Positions 52,870-64,000 of a DNA stretch of 64,000 bases are shown one piece after another. The notes below the pieces were generated by a model, which worked only from the letters and a program-made list of their open reading frames with translations, was not told the DNA's origin and searched no databases. This DNA is from an uncultured Gemmatimonadales bacterium (GTDB lineage: Bacteria > Gemmatimonadota > Gemmatimonadetes > Longimicrobiales > RSA9), in the NCBI GenBank assembly GCA_963708135.1, contig OY970192.1:480001-544000 (forward strand). The letters run 5' to 3'. Positions within the stretch are counted from its first letter, which is position 1. The number at the start of each line of letters is the position of its first letter. A program made the translations under genes and the position numbers.

Positions 52870-52936
52870 TTGACCCTACCCGAAGGTGCAATGGCATGCG
52901 CCGCCGGATCGCTGCTCACCGAGCTTCGGATACGGT

Positions 52937-54365
52937 CTAGCTGCCGTCGGCGGGTGGATCCGCGGCGGGCAGCTCCAGCCAGAACGTGCTGCCGCGGCCG
53001 GGCTCGCTCTCGGCGCCGAGGCGGCCGTCCATGGCGAGCGCCAGCGCCTTCGCCCGCGGCAGCCCGAGCCCCGTCCCCCGGCGCGCCTCCTCCGTCCCGT
53101 CGAGGCGGAGCAGGGCGAAGGGCGCGAAGATCTCCTCCAGCACCTCCTCCGGGATCCCGGGCCCCTCGTCGGCCACGCTGATGCGGATCCGGCCCCTGCC
53201 TCGGCGCGCCGGCCCGATCGACACCCTGCCCCCGCGTGGCGAGCTCGACACGGCGTTGGCCAGCAGCTCCTCCAACACCTGCACCAGGCGACGCCGGTCC
53301 GCGAGCACCGCGGCGCCCGCGCCATCGGCAGGGGCGGCCGACACCTCGACCGCGCGCTCCCGGGCGTGCGCGCGCACGGCCGCGACCGCCTCCTCCACGG
53401 CCGCCTCGCAGGGGACGGGGCGCAGCTCCAGGCGTGCGCGCCCGCTGCCGACCTCGTTGATGTCGAGCACGTCCTCGATCATCGCCAGCAGCCGCCGCCC
53501 GCTCTCGAGGATCCGGTCCACCGCCTCCCGCTGCGCGTCGTCCAGCCGCTGCATCTCGAGCAGCTGCGCGAAGCCGAGCACGTGGTGCATCGGCGTGCGC
53601 AGCTCGTGGCTCACGCGCGCCAGCAGGTCCGTGGCCGCTTCGCTCGCCGCCTCCGCCCTCCGGCGCGCGGCGTCGAGCTGCGCCGACTGCTCGCGCAGCC
53701 GCTCAATGACCTCGCGGCTGAAGCGCACGGCCGCGCGCGAGCGGCGCCGCAGCCGCTCGGCCGCCCGCGCGGTGAGCGAGATGTAGAGTGCGGGTCCGGC
53801 CAGGAACAGCAGCTTGGCCGCCTCGGCCGGCCAGACGATCGCGCGCTGCTCGACCACGCCCAGGTAAAGGACGAGCAGCGCGTACGCGCCCACGCCGAGG
53901 GCGGCGAAGAAGAGCACCCGCCGGAACGACGAGGTGCTCTGGTCGAACGACGCGGAGCAGCACCAGCCAGAAGAGCCAGCTGCGCTGGCCACCGGTGGCG
54001 TAGATGATCAGGATGATGAAGAAGAGGTCCGCGACGAGGAAGACGAGCCCCACATCCAGGCGCGGCAGCCGGGGCACGAGCGCGCGGAGCGTGGCCAGGG
54101 AGAAGACGCAGTAGACCTCCACGGCGACGATCACGGGCACGAACGCGTGCCAGGAGAAGGCGCCGAGCAGGAAGCGGTCGTGCAGCGGCACGGACAGCAG
54201 GAGCAGGTTGAAGCCGAAGATCCGCAGCAGCGGGATGGTGCGGGTCTGGAGGACGACGCGGCGCGCCTCGCGCGCGGCGGGCGTATCGGCGGGGTCATAG
54301 ACGTCCCGCGGCACGGTCGCGCCGGGCGATTCCAACTCGGCAGGGGAGGAGGAGGTGGGCGCCAT
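52937..54365 (-). pseudogene. Membrane sensor histidine kinase, frameshifted near 53945 (real lesion or sequencing error)
   Basis: TM N-terminus (MAPTSS...WLVLLRV) in one frame continues as DQSTSS...SHELRTP...GTGLGL in another. Confidence 0.8.
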
Positions 54366-54479
54366 GGCTTCCAGTCGGAACGGACGAGGATCTCGCGGCT
54401 GGAAGCATAATGCGGGGCGCGCCCGCCCGGAAGGGCAGCCTCCCTGGACCTCCTCCACGCGGCCGTGTACCTTCCCGGC

Positions 54480-54980
54480 ATGGCCAGCCAGAGCTCCTTC
54501 GACGTGACCACCGGCGCCGACCTCCAGGAGGTCGACAACGCCGTGAACCAGGCCCGCAAGGAAGTCGCGCAGCGCTACGACTTCAAGGGCACGCACTGCG
54601 ACATCTCCCTCGACCGCGCCGCCGGCCTGCTCACGCTCGATGCCGACGATGACTACCGGCTGAAGGCGCTGACCGACGTGCTCGAGACCAAGCTCGTCAA
54701 GCGCGGCGTGCCGCTGAAGAACCTCGAGCGCGGGGCCGTGCAGCCCGCCTCCGGCGGCCATGTCCGCCAGGAGATCCGGCTGCAGCAGGGGATCCCAGTG
54801 GACACGGCCCGCGCGATCGTCAAGGCCGTGAAGCAGCAGGGCTTCAAGAAGATCCAGGTCGCGATCCAGGGCGACCAGCTGCGCGTCAGCGGCCCCTCAC
54901 GCGACGAGCTCCAGGCCGTCATGGCCTTCCTGCGCTCGCAGGACTTCGGCGTCGAGCTGAGCTTCGGGAACTACCGCTGA
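54480..54980 (+). CDS. yajQ: YajQ family nucleotide/c-di-GMP-binding protein
   Basis: SFDV, QRYDFKG, IQGDQLRVSG, FGNYR. Confidence 0.95.
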   Translation: MASQSSFDVTTGADLQEVDNAVNQARKEVAQRYDFKGTHCDISLDRAAGLLTLDADDDYRLKALTDVLETKLVKRGVPLKNLERGAVQPASGGHVRQEIRLQQGIPVDTARAIVKAVKQQGFKKIQVAIQGDQLRVSGPSRDELQAVMAFLRSQDFGVELSFGNYR

Positions 54981-55400
54981 GGAGGGCGGGCCCGGACAGC
55001 GGCGGGGCGGGCACGAATCCGAATCCAGGGGCGGAGCCCCGGAATCCGCTGCGCTGGATTCGGAATTCGTTCGAACGGCGGCTGGCGCGTGGGAACGCGA
55101 GCAAGATCGGGAAGTCGAGGTCGCCGCGGGCATCGGGATCCCGAATTTGATCGGAATCCGAGACGGATCGCGCAGTGGCCGCGGCGGCGGCCCGGCGAGA
55201 TCCCGATCTTGCTCGCTATCCGAGACCAATCGGGATCGGGCCGGATCGGGAGGCATCGAGTGCGCGATTGTGCTCGCGCGACCGTCGGGCCGTCGGACCT
55301 GCCCGCCGCGGCGATTGGCAGTCCACGGAAGACCCGGATCGGTGGTGCTGGTGGCAGTCGTGAACCAGGGGGCGTGGCATGTGCCGATCGTCCCGGCGGA

Positions 55401-55429
55401 TTGATCCGCTGCGGCCGTGCCGCTATACT
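55401..55429 (+). promoter_or_regulatory. sigma70 promoter of the yebC-ruv operon
   Basis: TTGATC-N17-TATACT. Confidence 0.6.
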
Positions 55430-55494
55430 TCGGGAGCGCTGGTTCGGCCAGAAATCCCTTATACCGTAACGATTTCAGACGTGGGAGGTGCCCT

Positions 55495-56244
55495 GTGAGC
55501 GGGCACAGCAAATGGGCACAGATCAAGCGCAAGAAGGCGGTCAACGATTCGCGGCGCGGCAAGGAGTTCACGAAGCTGATCCGTGAGATCACGGTGGCGG
55601 CCCGCGAGGGTGGCGGCGACGCGAACTTCAACCCGCGGCTCCGCCTGGCGGTGGACACGGCCAAGGCGGCGAACATGCCGGCGGAGAACATCGACCGCGC
55701 CATCAAGAAGGGCACGGGCGAGCTGGAGGGCGTGGATTACCAGGAGGTCACGTACGAGGGCTACGGGCCGAACGGCGTCGCCCTCTACATCGAGACGCTG
55801 ACGGACAACGCCAACCGGACGGTGGCGGACGTGCGGCACGTGCTCAGCCGGGCCGGTGGCAGCCTCGGCACGAACGGCTCGGTGGCGTGGCAGTTCGACC
55901 GGGTCGGCCAGATCTACATCGACGCGGACCGCTACGACGAGGTGACCACGCTCGAGGCCGCGCTCGAGTCCGGGGCGCTCGACCTGCAGAACGAGGACGG
56001 CACGCTGGTCGTCACCACCGACACGACGTCGTTCCACGCGGTGCAGGACGCGCTGAAGGCGCGCGGCATCCGGTTCGACACCGCGGAGCTCGCCATGGTG
56101 CCGAAGACCACGATCGCCGTCGAGGGGCAGGACGTGCACCGGCTGGTGCGGCTGATCGAGGGGCTCGAGGACATCGACGACGTGCAGAAGGTCTACACCA
56201 ACGCCGACATGGACGAGGTGGCGCTGGCCGAGGCCGAGGCGTGA
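55495..56244 (+). CDS. yebC: YebC/PmpR family protein
   Basis: SGHSKWAQIKRKK, YEGYGP, DDVQKVY. Confidence 0.97.
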   Translation: MSGHSKWAQIKRKKAVNDSRRGKEFTKLIREITVAAREGGGDANFNPRLRLAVDTAKAANMPAENIDRAIKKGTGELEGVDYQEVTYEGYGPNGVALYIETLTDNANRTVADVRHVLSRAGGSLGTNGSVAWQFDRVGQIYIDADRYDEVTTLEAALESGALDLQNEDGTLVVTTDTTSFHAVQDALKARGIRFDTAELAMVPKTTIAVEGQDVHRLVRLIEGLEDIDDVQKVYTNADMDEVALAEAEA

Positions 56245-56831
56245 TCGTCCTCGGCGTCGATCCGGGCACCGGCACGACGGGCTACGGCGTCGTCTCCCGC
56301 GGCGGAGACGGCGCCGTTTCGCTCGTGGAGTGCGGCGTCATCCGGACCGGTGCCGGCCGCGCGCTGCCGCTGCGGCTGCGCGAGATCCACGAGGGCATCG
56401 CGCAGGTGATCGCGCGCGCGCGGCCGGAAGTCATGGCGGTGGAGAGCGTCTTCTACGCCAAGAACGTGCGCACCACGCTCGTGCTCGGCCATGCCCGTGG
56501 CGCGATCCTGCTCGCCGCCACGCTGCGCGACGTCCCCGTCCACGAGTATGCGCCGGCCGAGGTGAAGAAGGCGATCACGGGGACCGGCCGGGCGACGAAG
56601 GAGCAGATCGCGTTCATGGTGCAGCGGCTCCTGCGGCTCAGGACGCCGCCGCACCCGGCCGACGCGGCGGACGCCGTGGCCGTCGCGCTCACGCACTGCC
56701 AGGCGGCCGCCCTGCCGCGCGCCGCCGGCGGCGGCGTGGATCTGCCGAGGCTCGAGCCGCTTCCCCGCCTCGCCGACGCGCTCGAGGCCGAGCGGAGGCT
56801 CCAGGCCCGCCTCCAGGGACGCCGGCTCTGA
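56241..56831 (+). CDS. ruvC: Holliday junction resolvase
   Basis: LGVDPG..TGYG, AVESVFY, ARGAI, DAADAVA. Confidence 0.95.
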   Translation: MIVLGVDPGTGTTGYGVVSRGGDGAVSLVECGVIRTGAGRALPLRLREIHEGIAQVIARARPEVMAVESVFYAKNVRTTLVLGHARGAILLAATLRDVPVHEYAPAEVKKAITGTGRATKEQIAFMVQRLLRLRTPPHPADAADAVAVALTHCQAAALPRAAGGGVDLPRLEPLPRLADALEAERRLQARLQGRRL

Positions 56832-56853
56832 GCCGGCCCGAACGAGCGGTCAC

Positions 56854-57444
56854 ATGATCCGCAGGGTGAAGGGGACGCTGCTGCGCCGCGAGCTCGGCGT
56901 GGTGGAGGTGATGACGCCGGGCGGCGTCGCCTACGAGATCGAGATCCCGCTGGCCGTCTACGAGCGCCTGCCGCGCGAGGGGGCCGAGCTCGAGCTCCGC
57001 ACCTGCCACGTCGTGCGCGAGGACGCGCACGCGCTCTACGGCTTCCTCGAGGAGCGCGAGCGGGCCGTGTTCGCGCGCCTGCTCGGCGCTCCCGGCGTAG
57101 GCCCGAAGCTCGCCCTGGCCATGATGTCCTCGCTCACGCCCGACCGGCTCGTGCGCGCCATCCGCGAGCGCGACATCGCCGCGCTCCGGCAGGTGCCCGG
57201 GCTCGGCACCAAGAAGGCCGAGAAGCTGGTCCTCGAGCTCGTCGACAAGCTCGACGACCTGGCCTTCGAGCCCGCCGGCCCGCGCCCGGAAGGGCGCGTG
57301 GCGGAGGAGGCCGTGGGCGCGCTCGTCGCCCTCGGCTACTCCCCCGCCCAGGCCACGCAGGCCGTGCGCGCCGCGCTCGACGAGAAGGGGCAGGTCAAGG
57401 GCGCGGAGCTCATCAAGGCGGCGCTCGCGGCGATGGCGGGTTGA
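56854..57444 (+). CDS. ruvA: Holliday junction DNA-binding subunit
   Basis: VREDA..LYGF, GVGPKLA, VPGLGTKKAEKL. Confidence 0.95.
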   Translation: MIRRVKGTLLRRELGVVEVMTPGGVAYEIEIPLAVYERLPREGAELELRTCHVVREDAHALYGFLEERERAVFARLLGAPGVGPKLALAMMSSLTPDRLVRAIRERDIAALRQVPGLGTKKAEKLVLELVDKLDDLAFEPAGPRPEGRVAEEAVGALVALGYSPAQATQAVRAALDEKGQVKGAELIKAALAAMAG

Positions 57445-57475
57445 GCTCCGCCCCGGTGAGCTCCGCGCTGTCGGG

Positions 57476-57776
57476 CTACTCCTTCCGCCGGATCGCCCGC
57501 ACGAGGTCCTGCTTGTCCATCTCTGCTGCGCCCGTCGATGTCGAGCTCCTTGGCGCGGTTGTAGAGCTCCTGCTTGGTGCGGCTCTCGAGGCCGTGGCGC
57601 GGGTTGCCGGTGCCCTGGGTGGTCTTGTTCGGGGTCCGGCCCTCCTGGCGCCGCTCCTTGTTCACCGTCCGCGCCGCGATCTCCTTGGCGCGCTTGGTGG
57701 ACTTGCCGCGGCTCTTCGCGCTGTCCTTGATGTGCTCGTACATCCGCTCGTCTTTCCTGCTCCATGCATCCGGCAT
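57476..57776 (-). pseudogene. Small ChaB-like/Rho-N-like basic protein, +1 frameshift near 57523
   Basis: MPDAWSRKDERMYEHIK...AARTVNK...TKQELYNRAKELDIDGRS continues as MDKQDLVRAIRRKE* in a shifted frame. Confidence 0.7.
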
Positions 57777-58129
57777 GACTGCACCTCCAGCTCGTGCGAG
57801 GTTCGTGTTCACCAGGGTTGTAACTGCAAGTATCGGGCGAGGTTAGCGGCGCGCGCGTGGGTACGGGATGCGGGATCCAGCGTTCCGGGCGCGCTACCTT
57901 CGCAGGGTGGTTCGGGTCAACGCTACAGGCGCGGAGACGAGAGGCCATGCGCGCAGCCTTGACGGAACCGCTGCACACCATCGAACCGGGGCAAGCGCCT
58001 CGCCGCGGGCGCGGATCGGAGGCCGCGGTTCATCCGCTCTGGTCCCCATCCCGATCCGATGGCGGTGGTCGCCCGATCCCGATTCTGGCCGTTGGCGGAA
58101 GCGGTTGCCGATCGCTACCTTGAGGCTCG

Positions 58130-59173
58130 ATGAGATCCGAGGTCACCACCCCCGAGGTCCTGAGCGACGAGAGCGTCGTCGAGCTCTCGCTGCGGCCGCA
58201 GCGTCTCTCCGAGTTCATCGGCCAGCCGAAGGTGAAGGAGAGCCTCCGCATCGCGATCGATGCGGCGCGGCAGCGCAAGGAGCCGCTGGACCACACGCTC
58301 TTCCACGGCCCGCCGGGGCTGGGGAAGACCACGCTCGCGATGCTGATGGCGCGCGAGATGGGGGTGAACATCAAGACCTCGTCGGGGCCGGTGCTGGAGA
58401 AGCCGGGCGACCTGGTGGGGATCCTGACGAACCTGCGCGAGGGGGACATCCTCTTCATCGATGAGATCCACCGGCTGCGGCCGATCATCGAGGAGTTTCT
58501 CTACCCGGCGATGGAGGACTACCGGATCGACATCCGGCTGTCGGAGGGACCCAAGGCGCAGACGGTCACGGTGCCGGTGGAGCGCTTCACGCTGGTGGGG
58601 GCGACGACGCGCTTCGGGCTGCTCACCCCGCCGATGCGGGCGCGCTTCGGCATCGTGCAGCGGCTGAACTACTACGACCACGAGGATCTCGCGATCATCG
58701 TGGAGCGGAGCGCGGAGATCCTGCAGGTGGAGACGGAGCGGGCGGGCGCGGTGGAGCTGGCGCGCCGCTCGCGCGGCACGCCGCGCGTGGCCAACCGGCT
58801 GCTGCGGCGGGTGCGTGACTACGCGCAGGTGCGCGCGGACGGGCGCATCACCGCGGAGGTGGCGGGCGAGGCGCTGCGGCTGCTGGACGTGGACGAGTAC
58901 GGGCTGGACGAGATGGATGCGCGCGTCGTGAAGACGATTATCGAGCACTTCGACGGCGGCCCCGTCGGCCTCAACACCCTCGCCGTGGCCGTGGGCGAGG
59001 ATGCTGGGACGCTGGAGGAGGTATACGAGCCGTTCCTCATCCAGAACGGCTTTCTCATGCGGACCGCGCGCGGGCGCGTGGCCACGCAGAAGGCGTTCAG
59101 GCGCTTCGGCTACGCGCTCCCCGCCGAGCGGGCGGCCGAGGCGGAGCCGCAGCAGAGCTTGTTCGAGGGGTGA
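58130..59173 (+). CDS. ruvB: Holliday junction branch migration helicase
   Basis: [39 protein letters not shown]. Confidence 0.97.
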   Translation: MRSEVTTPEVLSDESVVELSLRPQRLSEFIGQPKVKESLRIAIDAARQRKEPLDHTLFHGPPGLGKTTLAMLMAREMGVNIKTSSGPVLEKPGDLVGILTNLREGDILFIDEIHRLRPIIEEFLYPAMEDYRIDIRLSEGPKAQTVTVPVERFTLVGATTRFGLLTPPMRARFGIVQRLNYYDHEDLAIIVERSAEILQVETERAGAVELARRSRGTPRVANRLLRRVRDYAQVRADGRITAEVAGEALRLLDVDEYGLDEMDARVVKTIIEHFDGGPVGLNTLAVAVGEDAGTLEEVYEPFLIQNGFLMRTARGRVATQKAFRRFGYALPAERAAEAEPQQSLFEG

Positions 59174-59174
59174 A

Positions 59175-59526
59175 GTGGAAGTCATCTGCCTGACCGAATC
59201 CGACCACCGCCTGCTGTGCGCGCGCTGCGCGGAGCACGGCAACTCGAACCGTCGCCTGCTGCAGACGCTCGAGGAAGCCGGCGCCCGCGACGTGCTCGAG
59301 CACGCGCGCGCCCTGCGTCGCATGGAGCGTGGCTTCGACATCGACCTCGGCTCCCTCTGCCACCGCTTCGAGCACCGCAACGACCTGAGCACCCATCCCA
59401 TGGAGCGGATGGTGATGAACTTCGTGGCCGAATGGCGCCCCGCCGCGGACGGCACCCGCCAGCTCTGGGTGCTGCTCGACCGCCTGCGCCAGGTCCGCGA
59501 GCTCATGCAGGAAGGCCGGTTGGCGC

Positions 59527-59543
<17 letters not shown>
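59175..59543 (+). CDS. Hypothetical protein
   Basis: ORF filling the ruvB-queA gap, host-like codon usage, overlaps the queA start. Confidence 0.6.
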
Positions 59544-63486
<3,943 letters not shown>

Positions 63487-63487
<1 letters not shown>

Positions 63488-63819
63488 TGCGGGCGAGCAT
63501 GGCGGCACTGGCCGCACCGACGGGCGGCGGGAACGCGGGGGTGGTGCTCTTCATCCAGATGGGTGCCATCGTGGCGATCTTCTATTTCCTGCTGATCCGG
63601 CCGCAGCGGCAGCAGCAGAAGAAGCACCAGACGATGCTGGAGGCGCTGAAGAAGGGGGACGAGGTGATGACGGACGGCGGCGTCCTGGGCGAGGTGGTTC
63701 ACATCAAGGAGGACCGGGTGACGATCAAGACCGGAGAGAACACCCGGCTCGTGGTGGCTCGTCCGAAGATCGCGCGGGTATTCCTCCCCACGGAAACCCC
63801 TGAAACGACGGAGAAGTAG
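63487..63819 (+). CDS. yajC: Preprotein translocase subunit
   Basis: FYFLLIRPQ...LKKGDEV.T.GG. Confidence 0.95.
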
Positions 63820-63827
63820 GACGACCA

Positions 63828-64000
63828 ATGGCGCGACTGGAGATCCGGATCCTCGGCGACCCGGTGCTCAGGCAGAAGGCGGAGCCGCTGGCGGCGGTGG
63901 ACGCTGAGACGCGGCGGCTGATCGAGGACATGTTCGAGACGATGTACGGCGCGGAGGGCGTGGGCCTGGCCGCGCCGCAGGTCGGCCTCTCGCAGCGGGT
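63828..64000 (+). CDS. def: Peptide deformylase, 3' partial at window edge
   Basis: GDPVLRQKA...MFETMY...[10 protein letters not shown]. Confidence 0.93.
   Translation, partial: MARLEIRILGDPVLRQKAEPLAAVDAETRRLIEDMFETMYGAEGVGLAAPQVGLSQR

Overview
High-GC bacterial chromosome segment. The SusC/SusD-type pair, lipoproteins and gene content suggest Gemmatimonadota (inference). About 1-18.7 kb is an eroded defence/toxin-antitoxin island: a PafB/PafC-like WYL pair split by a DUF4160/DUF2442 cassette, a DUF4011 SF1 helicase-Vsr-like nuclease (Hhe-like), three intact HNH nucleases, MNT-HEPN, HIT, RelE-type and PIN modules, and several gene remnants (mazEF, a split HNH paralogue, ADP-ribosylglycohydrolase, TM0106-like). 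About 19-55 kb holds mixed metabolic, transport and signalling genes (amidohydrolase, amidase, MscS, TolC+MFP, two hybrid kinases, CoA transferase, patatin, Prim-Pol/LigC, Csp, PanE, SusC/SusD, LepB, PurEK, YajQ) with several non-coding repeat families. About 55.5-64 kb is the core yebC-ruvCAB-queA-tgt-yajC-def cluster. queA carries seven tandem copies of a 234-bp palindromic element that has no stop codon in any of the six frames. No rRNA, tRNA, transposase, integrase or cas gene was recognised.
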